Below, one piece after another: positions 1 to 24,100 of a stretch of DNA of 64,000 bases. Made by a program: the position numbers and the translations under genes. The DNA is taken from contig CM035361.1 in the NCBI GenBank assembly GCA_020137815.1, positions 2,976,001 to 3,040,000 on the forward strand, read 5' to 3'. Source of the DNA: Hormiphora californensis (Eukaryota > Animalia > Ctenophora). The notes under the pieces were generated by a model, which was not told the origin of the DNA, searched no databases, and worked only from the letters and a program-made list of their open reading frames with translations. Within the stretch, counting starts at the first letter, position 1. Every line of letters starts with the position of its first letter.

Positions 1-32
1 CACTACCAAGTTACCAAACCCCCTCTTCCCAC

Positions 33-11561
<11,529 letters not shown>

Positions 11562-11828
11562 TCTACGGGGAATTTATTTGTTATATTGATATTGGTAATC
11601 CAATCCTAAACAGCACCGAAAGTCCCTAGGCAGCTTTAGCTTTTCCGTGGTGACTGGCGGGCAATGTATTTTTTTAATTTTTGATAATTTCATATTAAAA
11701 TCGCGATTTCTTCCCGTCTTTAACCGGAAAAGTGTGTCCTGGACCAAGTGGAGTGTAGACACAGCCTTTCTTTGCATCTGGGCTTACACGGTAGCCCTGT
11801 GAACGGAAAGAAACACGAAAAGGGGAGT

Positions 11829-11980
11829 AAAGTCGGATTTTTTGAAGTTGTCACCCCAAAATGACCGCGCATGTGAAATTTATCAATTTTGACGCGCACA
11901 CCACACGTTAACATGTGATATGACGCGCAAAAACATTCCGCGCACGAAAAGGGGGGTGACAACTTCAAAAAATCCGACTT
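11829..11980. mobile_element. Short TIR element (AAAGTCGGATTTTTTGAAGTTGTCACCCC); second copy at ~13548-13693
   Basis: Inverted termini aaagtcggattttttgaagttgtcacccc / ggggtgacaacttcaaaaaatccgacttt; near-identical internal sequence at 13548-13693. Confidence 0.75.
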
Positions 11981-12709
11981 TAAAAAATTAAAGGTTTCAA
12001 GTTTTGAAACGGACACGAAAAATAGAAGTTGATGCAGTGTTGCGCGCACCAAATTTTAGATATCGCGCGCCTGAGATGGACTGCACAAAAGAAATGTACC
12101 CGCGCGCTACTGTATCGACAATAATGGGCAGCACTTTCAAAGAAGTTTTGGACACAATTGGCAAATTAAAACAGCATTCGTATGGGAAGTTAAGTTAAAG
12201 CACAGTATATTACACAGCATGCTCCTCTGACCAACCCTAGATCATCTAAATCACCGTATTCAATTTCACTCAGCATTCTGTCTGCAGAGGCCAGAAACTC
12301 TGATTCTGAACAGAAGCAGTGGTACCATGGCAGTACACTTGAAAATATATTCATTTATGTACACCGCACTTGCACTAATAATATTTACAATATGAATCTA
12401 ATTGTGCTATTTACAGTAAAACTTGATAAACGTCTACGATCAATCAAGACTCAGGAACAGAGATCTAAAGATCTAGATTCTGAATAAATACTTGTAAAAG
12501 AACATGCATGGACAGAATCGGAATCCAACCTTCCGATGGCCATTCTCTCCTCACCCATATAACCCCCTACACACTTTCTACAATACACCAGTCCATTGAA
12601 AATATTCACGGATATTATCACCCAGGCCTCTCTCTTTCTCTCTCTCTGCTCTCACAGAGTTGGTGGGATTGATAGTTCCATCATTATTATTGTGTAACCT
12701 CTTTGTAAC

Positions 12710-15084
12710 TCATTGTGTAACCTCAGCACTGTTCTTGTTGAGTGGACCCAACACACTCATCGTGTCGTCGTAACTGTTCCTAAATCCAGTTGCCATGTGT
12801 CGCAGGCCCGCCTCCAGGGCTTGAGAGGCTTGCAGGTGGGACTGGGGGAGGGAGAGAGGGTGAGTTGGGATACTTGTAGGTAGGACTGATGGGGAGGGAT
12901 AGAGGGTGAATTGGGATACTTCTAGACAAAATGAGATGTAAGTTTGGGAGCCGGAGAGTGTGAATTTCATGGATTGCGAGCTTTTTGCAGGTGGGAATGC
13001 TAGGGACTGGGGGAGAGTGTGAATTGTGATAGGTGTGACTGGGGAGTATTATGTGAATTTGGCTTTGGAGGCTTGTAGGTGGGACTGGAATCGGGAGGGA
13101 GAGGTTAGCTCTCTCAGTATATCCTACCTGGTGAGCTTCTACAAGTTTTTCCAGTCTGCTGAGTATCTCATAATCAGGAAGGGGACATCCCTCTAGATCC
13201 ATACCAATTACCTTAGCCAGGGCCACCCTGAACTCCAACAACTGCAGGGAGATAATTAGCTAGTAATTAGCTAGCAATTAGCCAGGGCTACCCTGAACTG
13301 CAAAAAACTGAAGGAAGATAAATTAGCTAATGAATTATTTGAGTAATTAGCTATAGGGATTAGTCATTAGGGCCACCTATTACAATATATTAGCTAAATC
13401 GTCATTTAAATGGTAATTCATTAAGATTTACCTGACGCTCCCGTGACCTGCATTCCTCAAGAGTTCTCATTGTCTCCATTAGTTCATTTTTCAACTTTGA
13501 GGTGGAATCTCTTGCAAGCTCCTAGATGGGAAATAATGTTATGTTCTAAAGTCGGATTTTTTGAAACTGTCACCCCCAAATGACCGCGCAAGTGAAATTT
13601 AGCAATTTTGACGCGCACACCACACGTTAACATGTGATGTGACGCGCAAAAACATTCCGCGCACGAAAAGGGGGGGTGACAGTTTCAAAAAAACCCTCCT
13701 TTACATTTTGGAGCTCGCGAAAAGGGGGTCGAGATAGGCAAGGGAAATACGTGTCATCCCCAGATTGAACCTATTTTTAGCGAGATTACGGTCTTGGTAT
13801 TCCAAGAGGTCCAGCGATAAAACATATATTTAAAATTAGTTAGCTGTAAATGACTACTCACTTAGTACTCAATTAGTACTCAATTAGTACCTTGTGAGAC
13901 TTTAGATAGTTCCTTTCTGTTCTGAGTTCACTTTGAACTCCATCAAGTTCAACTCTTAGCTGTTCTTTCAGCTTATTAACTTTAGAAATCTGAAATTAAT
14001 TAATCAATTAATTATAAATCCGACCAAAATACATAATTAAAATTATTAAATTAAAAAACAACAAACCTGCCGCTCGTACTCTGCAATTCGGTTTGCACTA
14101 TCAGCCAGTTCTTCCTCTACTCGCCCCTTGTCGTGAAGTTTAGCCTTCAGCTCGGTGATCAGAACCGTCTTCTCCTGATTAGGGTAATGAGCAATTAATT
14201 AGTTAGTTAATTAATTAATTAATTAATTAACGATATATAGTCGTGGAATGTTTTTGAAAAGAACTCTGGAATCAAATGTTTTGTAAGGAGATGGATCTGA
14301 ATTTTACCTGGCACATAGTGCTGAACTTCTCGACATTTCTTTGGGCCTTTTTCAGCTTGATGTACCCCTGGTCCCTGTCTTCTTCAATCTGGAAGATTGT
14401 TATGTTCTAAACCTCGCACGGTAAACAGTGAGGGAACTGCACGACGTGCATGCACGTGCACTGCACGTCGTGCAGGGGGTTGTAAATCTAAGGTGATGCA
14501 AGATTAGCCTTGAATCTGCAGGCCCTGTATATTATTCGTACCTGTGTAAGGCGACTAATTCTCTCCTCCAATGCAGATGTCTTTTGCCTCTGGAGGGACA
14601 TGTGAAGTTCCTTCTGTTCAAGTTGTTGTTTCAGGCCCTTCACTTTCCTGGTTGCGTTGTAGAGGGAGGCAGTTCGCTCCTTTACCAGCACACCCTGTAG
14701 GGATTTGTTAGGGGTGGAGAGAGGAGGGTAGGGATGGGTTGTAGAGGGAGGCAGTTCGCTCCTTCACCAGCACACCCTGTAGGGATTTGTTAGGGGTGGA
14801 TAGAGGGTAACTCAACACCTAGGGATGGGTTGTAGAGCGAGGCAGTTCGCTCCACAAAATGAAAGCAAATCCCATTATTATACAATTACAGTGGTTAATT
14901 AACTAATTAACTAATTAATTAACTAATTAATTATCATCTAATTAATTAACACAAACCTCGTTATTAACGAGAAGTTCACATTTAGCAGTGATGACATCTT
15001 TCACATCAACTCCCTCTTCCAGAGTCTCACCGTCCAGCTGGAGGGTGTTCGCTAGTTCCTCCAAATACCGCATCAACTGGGGAT

Positions 15085-15131
<47 letters not shown>

Positions 15132-18100
15132 GGGAGGAGGGGAGAGGGAAATAAGGACTACAGAGGGATAAAGGGATAGTAAACACTATCCATCCAGTTG
15201 GAGGATGTTAGCTAGTTCCTCCAAATATCGCATCAACTGGGGATAGAGAGAGAGAGAGAGAGAGAGAGGAGAGGGAAATAAGGACTACAGAGGGATAAAG
15301 GGATAGTAAACACTATCCATTCAGTTGGAGGGTGTTAGCTAGCTCCTCCAAATACCGCATCAACTGGGGATAGAGAGAGAGAGGAGGGGAGAGGGAAATA
15401 AGGACTACAGAGGGATAAAGGGATAGCAAACACTATCCATTCAGTTGGAGGATGTTAGATAGCTCCTCCAAATACCGCATCAACTGGGGATAGAGAGAGG
15501 AGGGGAGTGGGAAATAAGGACTACAGTGGGATAAAGGGATAGCAAACACTATCCATTCAGTTGGAGGGTGTTCGCTAGCTCCTCCAAATACCGCATCAAC
15601 TGGGGATAGAGAGAGGGGGAGGGGAGAGGGAAATAAGGACTACAGAGGGATAAAGGGATAGCAAACACTATCCATTCAGCTGGAGGGTGTTCGCTAGCTC
15701 CTCCAAATACCGCATCAACTGAAAAGTACAGGATAGAGCGAGGGTGATCAGAGCTCGGGAGGTGAGAGATACGGATTGCTGCATCAGAGGCACTGTGTCT
15801 AATGTCTATCCCTCTGAAATCTGTATTGCTCCCCTCCCCTCTCAGTTACAGGTGGACGGACAAACAGACAGACACAGACACAGACATACACGCAGAGAAG
15901 TTAAAGATAGCTATTGAGCAGACAAGACCATTAAGGCACACCCCGGCACACCCTCTAAAGGGAGAGACATGGAAAAGAATGGAGATATAGTTGAAGATGG
16001 TTCAAGAAAAAGATAGATCACAGAGAGCTATCTCAAACTATAAGATCGCGTGATTTTATTCTCAAACATCCTGTGATAGTTGTGTTTGTTCGTTCAAGGA
16101 TCAAAAAAGAACCAAAATGAGGAGAATTCTGGTTTTCCTTTTATTGTTTACCACTCTTCCTGGAACAGAAGGTAAGGTGCAATTACCAAAGTCCAAGTTT
16201 TCACGGGCCGCAGCACACTTGAATTAAATTGAATTCAATTGAATGATTACACAGATTGCGGAATGTTTTTGCCAGGTAAGTCAAAATCACACTTGCAATT
16301 TTATTTCAGCGTGGATTCCAGTTGAACCAGGTGGTCTGATCAAACGTTTTGATATGGAGACCACCCCTCTTCAAATCAAAACCAACTCTACTGCCGGGAG
16401 TGGGGACAGGATTTTCGTGCGAACATACAAGTACATTGATAATATTGATACTGGACTCCACCATCGGCAACTGTATCGGTAGGACTGCCTTCTCAGTACA
16501 ACCAACAGGGGAAATAGACAAGATTTGGACCATTCGGAAGACGGCTACTAATCTCAGTATAGAGTGCAACGGGGTGGAGTTACTGAACTACCAGTTCAGT
16601 GACAGTAGAGATGGTCGCTGTGAATCAAAGTGGGAAGGAGATGTTGTGGAGATGATAAGATTTCCCTCTGATGACAATGCATCAGACCACTACCGTGCAA
16701 TGCCAACAGGTAATGAAGTGACTTAATTACTGATTTAATTAGTGATTTAATTAGTATCACTGTAGTACAGCTTTTCCATGATTATGACGAGAGTCTGTAA
16801 TGTTGAATCTCTCAACACCATTTCTATATCCATTAGTGTGTCCCGGGTTTACCGTGGACGGATCAGTGCAAGGAATGTGGAACGATACTGATCCTGGACA
16901 GACGGTGACCATCAACTGTCAGAAGAAGCACGTGCTAGACGGTAGCTCTGAGAGGACCTGTAATACCGACGGAATGTGGGATGATGAAGCTCCTATTTGC
17001 AGGAAACTGAGTAAGTATAATAGTCAGAGAAGTAGCCGGTAAGTTTTTGAAGTGCAGCACACTTGAATTCAATTGAATTCAATTGAATGATTACACAGAT
17101 TGCGGAATGCTTTTGCCAGGTAAGTCAAAATGAATCACACTTGCAATTTTATTTCAGCGTGGATACCAGTTGAACCAGGTATTCCGATCAAAAATTTTGA
17201 TCTGGAGACCACCCCTCTTCAAATCAAAGCCAACTCTACTGCCGGAAGTGGGGACAGGATTTTCGTGCGAACATACAAAGCAGATTGGGATTGGATAGGA
17301 GGAGTGCAGGTACAATTCACTTCTCCTACCATAATGGAATACGCCATCGGCAACTGTATCAGCTGGACTGCCTTCCCAGTACAACCAACAGGGGAAATAG
17401 ACAAGATTTGGACCATTCGAAAGACGGCTACTAATCTCAGTATAGAGTGCAACGGGGTGGAGGTTCTGAACTGCCGCTTCAGTGACAGTGGTAAAGACTG
17501 TGTATCAAGGTGGGGAGGAGATGTTGTGGGGTCGAGCTCCTGCTCTCTACTGTCTCTGTTATTTAAAAGACTCACCAGTAGGGGGATGCACTTAGGTCCC
17601 GGTCGGTTTGGCACCCGATGACCTAGGAGTGGTAACCACGCAGGCTGCGTAAGCGGCCATTGCCCGCGTGGGCTAAACAGTGCAATAGCATAGGGAGTCC
17701 CCACACTGACATTATATTGTCTTTGTGGACCAGACCTCTGCTTAGACAACTGCTCACCAACAGTCTATCCAGCTCAGCCATACATGCTGTTTTGATGAAC
17801 TGAAAGTGACTCAGCCAGGTGAAGTGGTGACCCACCTGGGATACTGCAACCAAGAAAAACAATATGAATAGCTATGACTCGACTTAATACACGCATTGGA
17901 ACATTTAACTGTCGAACGCTCCGTGTTAAGGAAAAGTTAAAAGAGCTGGTTTACCAATTTGCTGACAATGGCTTGGGCATAATCACTTTGCAGGAACACC
18001 GCATTGTCCACGCAGACACAGTCAGGCAGATTCAGGCTGGGCTAGGAGAAACTCTTATCACATCTACAGCCTGGCGCAACAGCGCAGGGGCATCGGTTGG

Positions 18101-21100
18101 AGGGGTTGGAGTTCTGATGAGAACTGAGTACTCGAAGCTCATTTGTGAGATACGAGCTGTGTCACATAGAATTCTAGCCATTACCTTGGCCGGTAACCCG
18201 AAACTGACAGTCATCTCGGTTTACTCGCCCACGGAGTGTGCGAATGTAGAGGAAGTTGAGAAGTTTCATCACGATCTCAGGGACTACATCAATACTGTTC
18301 CAGCTCATAACCTCCTTGTCGTTGCCGGAGATTTTAACGCCAGAATTGGCTGGGAGGACTCTGGCTTCGGGTGGTACTTGCATCAGCATACCAGTAGAAA
18401 TGGAGAGCTGCTCCAGGAGACAGTTGAGGAGACCAGATTGGAGGTAGCCAACGTTAGGTTCCGGAAGAACAAGGGAAGACTCTGGACTTTTCTCTCGGAT
18501 GGTACTGGACGGAAAGCTACATTGGATTACATTCTCGTCCGTCGGAAATGGAGAAACAGTATAAAGGATGTGGATACGTCCGAGGCACTAAGCTCGATTG
18601 GGTCAGACCATCGACTTTTGGTGGCCAGGGTTAAGGTCACTCTCAGGAAGAGGAAATTGGCCCCAGGTCGCCCCAATCTGGACTATAGTGCTCTGAAGAA
18701 GGACCCTGAACTGCAGGAGAGATTCTCGGTAGAGGTGCGGAATAGATTTGCTGTCCTTTCACCCACCGGATGTACTGATGCCTCGGAAAGGTATGGGGGC
18801 TTGATACAGGCGGTTGAAGAAACTAGCAAGAAACTACTGGGAAAGAAGAGGAAGAGGCTTAAGGATACTGTAGCTGAGGACTTCCGGGTGAAGAGGGCAA
18901 GAGAGGATCTTGAATCTGCCACTGCTAGATACCACACCTCACCTTCAGAAGAAACACGTTCCACTGTGAAAGAAGGCAAAGAGGCACTCACTGAAGCGTA
19001 CCTAGCCGTCGAGGAAGAGCATCTCGATAGGAAAATCAAGAGTGTAGAGAGAGCCACTCGGAACGCGAAGACGAAGGAATCATGGAGGCTAGTAAACGAA
19101 ATCTCTGGGAGGAAGGACAAACACCCCATCCAAATTGAAGGAACGTCCCCAGACGATCGGAAAGCCAAATGGTTCAGCCACTTCCAGTTGCTCCTCGGGA
19201 CAGAACCTCCGGATGAAGTAGATCAAGACATCCCGGAAGTGTTTCCCCGAGCAGATATCTACGATGGTCCCTTTACTGAAGAGGAATTTAAGAAGGCGAA
19301 GGATCGGATAAAGGAGGATAAGGCCTACGGAAATGATGCCATCGCACCCGAGATTTTGAAGCGATGCGACATTGATGACCTCGTGCTGACCTTTTGCAAC
19401 GATGCCTTGTGCGGAAAGGGAATTCCGGAACAGTGGACTCTGAGTAATATTGTCCCTGTGCCGAAAAAGGGCGACCTCTCTCAACCCGGAAACTATAGAG
19501 GCATCTCACTTACCTCTATAGTTGCGAAAACCCTGAACCGTATGCTACTTCACCGGATACGGCCTTACATCGAGACTGTGTTACTCGATTCCCAGAACGG
19601 TTTTAGAGAGGAACGGTCCACAGTCAGCCACATCCTCACGCTTAGGAGACTCATCGAAGGAGCTACTGCCAAACAACTACCACTGGCAGTAGCCTTTTTG
19701 GATTTCGTTAAGGCCTTCGACTCCATTAACCGGAAGCGCATGATCAAAGTTCTCAGGGCTTATGGCATCCCAGGGAAGATTGTCGACCTCATCCAGTGGA
19801 TGTACAGTAATACAAGAGCTCAGGTCCTCACCCCAGACGGCCTCACGGATATATTTGAAATAGTCGCCGGGGTGTTGCAAGGGGATACTCTAGCGCCCTA
19901 CCTGTTTATTATTGTGCTCGATTACTGTATGCGAACAGCACTGGAGAGGCACCCTGATATCGGATTCACACTGAAACCAGCCCGGAGTAGAAGAGTACGA
20001 GCGGAGAGGGTTACTGACACAGACTTTGCTGATGATGTAGCTCTCCTAGCAGACTCAGTGGAGGATCTTGGCGTTATCATGCGGGAGGTAGAGAGTGTCT
20101 GTAAGGAGGTGGGTCTCGAGATAAACCGGGCGAAAACAGAGTTCATGGTTGAGGGTATACCAGACCCCGGTCCTCTCCACAGTATCGATGGCACTAGGAT
20201 AAAGTTGAGTGAGGACTTCAAATATCTCGGATCGTGGGTAAGGGACTCTAAGAGGGACATTAAGGTTAGGAAGGCGAAAGCATGGAACGCGTGTCACGGG
20301 CTTAGGACTGTTTGGAATTCGAAACTAAACGATAAGATCAAGGCCAGACTTTTTGTAGCAACGGTTGAAACAGTTCTGTTGTATGGGTGCGAAAGCTGGA
20401 CGCTCACCAAGGACATGGAAAGGAGTCTTGACGGTACCTACACGAGGATGCTACGGATGGCACTAAATAAAAACCAGTACCTCCTTAAAATGAGCAATGC
20501 CACGTTGTATGGTATCGGAAATCTACCTATCCTTAGCACCAAAATAGCGGAAAGGAGACTCCGACTAGCCGGTCACGCTGTGCGTCACCCTGAACTTACG
20601 CTCAACAAGGTCATACAGCACAAACTCTGGGAGCCTCTCCACGGAAATTCCAGGCGAGGGCGACCAAAGCAGACCTTTGTGGATGTACTCAGGCGGGACA
20701 CGGGACTCAGGGAAACCTCCGAATTGGCTACTGTTATGACTGATCGTGTCGGGTGGAGAAGTGTTATTCATGGAGTTCGGAAATACCACTCGTGGAATCC
20801 GCCCTAAGTAAGTCAATAGTGACAACGCATCAGATAGCTACCGTCGAATGCCAACAGGTAATGAAGTGACTTAAGGCCAAAGGGGGGGGGGGGGGGTCTA
20901 AAAAGCCACTTTCGGGGGTTGGTCCGGCTCGAAGAGCCGAACCAGATGAAATAGTTGGAATCGTTTTAGTGCGCACCGTTAAGGAGAAAATTGAGGTGAA
21001 CTTTCACATATGTAAACCTCAGAAAAGTGCATTTTTTACCCTCTGGCCTTAATTAGTGATTTAATTAGTGATTTAATTAGTGATTTAATTAGTGATTTAA

Positions 21101-24100
21101 TTAGTATCACTGTAGTACAGCTTTTCTATGATTATGACGAGAGTCTGTTATGTTGAATCTCTCAACACCATTTCTATATCCATTAGTGTGTCCCGGGTTT
21201 ACCGTGGACGGATCAGTGCAAGGAATTTGGGACGATACTGATCCTGGACAGACGGTGACAATTGAATGTCAGAAGAAGCACGTGCTAGACGGTAGCTCTA
21301 AGAGGACCTGTAATACAGACGGAATGTGGGATGATGAAGCTCCTATTTGCAGGAAACTGAGTAAGTATAATAGTCAGAGAAGTAGCCGGTAAGTTTTTGA
21401 AGTGCAGCACACTTGAATTCAATTGAATTCAATTGAATTCAATTGAATGATTACACAGATTGCGGAATTTTTTTGCCAGAAATCGGGCAGGGAAAAAATG
21501 AATCACACTTGCAATTTTATTTCAGCGTGGATACCAGTTGAACCAGGTATTCCGATCAAAAATTTTGATCTGGAGACCACCCCTCTTCAAATCAAAACCA
21601 ACTCTACTGCCGGGAGTGGGGACAAGATTTTCGTGCGAACATACAAAGCAGATTGGGATTGGATAGGAGGAGTGCAGGTACAATTCACCTCTCCTACCAT
21701 AATGGAATACGCCATCGGCAACTGTATCAGTTGGACTGCCTTCCCAGTACAACCAACAGGGGAAATAGACAAGATATGGACCATTAGAAAAACGGCTACT
21801 AATCTCAGTATAGAGTGCAATGGGGTGGAGGTTCTGAACTGCCGCTTCAGTGACAGTGGTAAAGACTGTGTATCAAGGTGGGGAGGAGATGTGGTGGGGT
21901 CGATAAAGTTTGGTGCCAATAATGACAACGCATCAGATAGCTACCGTCGAATGCCAACAGGTAATGAAGTGACTTAAGGCCAGAGGGGGGGTCGGGGGGT
22001 CTAAAAAGCCACTTTCGGGGTTTGGTCCGGCTCGAAGAGCCGAATCAGATGAAATAGTTGGAATCGTTTTAGTGCGCAATTGAGGATAACTTTCACATAT
22101 GTAAACCTCAGAAAAGTGCATTTTTACCCTCTGGCCTTAATTAGTGATTTAATTAGTGATTTAATTAGTGATTTAATTAGTGATTTAATTAGTGTCACTG
22201 TAGTACAGCTTTTCTATGATTATGACGAGAGTCTGTTATGTTGAATATCTCAACACCATTTCTATATCCCATCAGCCTGTCCCGGGTTTACCGTGGACGG
22301 ATCAGTGCAAGGAAGTTGGAACGATACAGATCCAGGACGGACAGTGACCATCAACTGCCAGAAGAAGCACGTACTAGACAGTAGCTCTGAGAGGACCTGT
22401 AATACCGACGGAGAATGGAATGAAGATGCTCCTCTTTGCAGGATACTGAGTAAGTACGAGTATAATAGTCAGGGATGTAGCCGGTAAGTTTTTGAAGATG
22501 GGTGTATATGGGTCTGGGTACTAGATAAAACATTTTTTTATTTGACAAAAAGTTTGGGCAACTTTTTGTCAGCTAACTTTGGGCTGTAGGAGGGGGGGGG
22601 AGGGGGGGTCAATTATTGATTTGTTGTGTATTGTGTTTGTCAAGTTATACAGGGTTCTGATTTCTGAACGCACCCCTCTTGGATAAAACTTAGTTTCTAA
22701 ACGATTTGCAATGTTAATTATTATGACTTGTAATATTGTTTTAGGTGAGCTGTCAGACTCTTGAAACACATAATTCAAATTGCTCGCTTAATTACCATTA
22801 CAACTATCACACTAACAAACTAATTAACTTACTAATTAACTAACTAATTAGCTAATAAACTAATTACTGATTTTCGTACCTGATCCTTCTCTTTTCGTAG
22901 TGCATCTCTAACTGCATCAGCAGCTATCAGCTCCCCTTCCAATCCACTGTACTGCTTTTCCTTGTCCTCAACAAGAGCCACTGCCTAATTTTAATTAACA
23001 TAATTAATTAACTTGATTTATTAAGTTGCAGTTATTATACTAATTAATTGGTAATGAACAATTTTACCTTAGATCGATTAGTGGAACACCAAATCACTAA
23101 ATTACATAACTTTAGTTTCATCAATTAACTAATCTTTAAATTGGATTATTTAATTAATTTTTAATAGTTTTAATTGATTATTAATTAGTAATTACCTCTG
23201 ATGCTTCTCTTCTCATTCTGTCTGCTGTTCCTTGTGTGGTACTAAGCATAGTCCCCAACCTTTCTATCTCTCTCTGCTTTTCAACACTTTCCACCTATTT
23301 GAATGGGAGAGCGGTGAGAGACGGTCGAGAAATGTAACTATAGATTTCAGGTGGTGGGATAATGGTTTGGACAAAAGACTGCAGTCTGGTGGTGATCCGA
23401 AAAGGATGTTCCGGCACTGTACTAAAAACAATAAACAGTAAAATTGTAAGTAAGTAAGGAACAAATCAAACTGAGCTGTATTAGATATTTGTACAGTCGG
23501 ACCCCGATTTACCGGGACGCTCGGGGAAGAATTTTCCCCGGTAAATCAGGGTGCCCGGTATACCGGGGTCCAATAGTACCTTAGTACGGTTGAGTGCGAT
23601 AACAAAGTTCTCAAGTGCCTCTTTTATCTCCTGTTCGTTCCGTTCTACTGTATATCCACATGTACCTGGGGGGTTAGATTTGTAATTAGTTACCATAAAG
23701 GTATATAAATGGGAACTAATTGATCACCTACTACTTAGTTTACTAACTAATTAATTAATTTATCAGCAACTAAATACCTAAAACTGAGCAGATATTCTCC
23801 ACAAATTGGGTATGTTTTAGATCGCTCATCTTTGTAGCGTCTGTCTGGGTGTCCAAGGCAACCCCCAACAAGGAGTGTTTCTGTTCCAGTTTAGCGAGAT
23901 TTGACCTGAAGGGTCGAAGGGATCAATGATCAGATCTAAATTCCGAGCTCTCTCTAGTAAAAGTAACAATCTCTATTTTGCTCTCTTTAGTAAAATTAAC
24001 AATCTCTATTCTGCTCTCTTTAGTAAAAGTAACAATCTCTATTCTGCTCTCTTTAGTAAAAGTAGCAATCTCACCACCACTACCACTCACCTAGTAGTCT

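Larger units (their letters stand above)
17536..20813 (+). mobile_element. Full-length RTE-clade non-LTR retrotransposon
   Basis: Boundaries defined against the uninterrupted paralogous exon (21526-21960). Single APE+RT ORF, ~340-nt structured 5' UTR, TAAGTAAGT tail overlapping the stop codon. No TSD; the 13 nt of host sequence present in the paralog (taaagtttggtgc) are missing at the junction. Confidence 0.93.
16117..22764 (+). pseudogene. Signal peptide + 3x[family domain + Sushi/CCP]; nested antisense in CCDC170 intron 15077-22879; disrupted by a frameshift in unit 1 and a LINE in unit 2
   Basis: Exons 16117-16171 (MRRILVFLLLFTTLPGTE), 16310-16709 (400 nt, 35 nt shorter than the intact 435-nt unit-3 exon), 16837-17010, 17158-20857 (interrupted by the RTE), 21187-21360, 21526-21960, 22276-22449, and a possible terminal exon 22745-22764. 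It could still yield protein by skipping the phase 1-1 exons. Confidence 0.75.

Noticed and set aside
17790-17810. Possible hammerhead core (tgatga...gaaa) in the RTE 5' UTR
   Set aside because: Lacks the C of CUGANGA and has no credible stem II.
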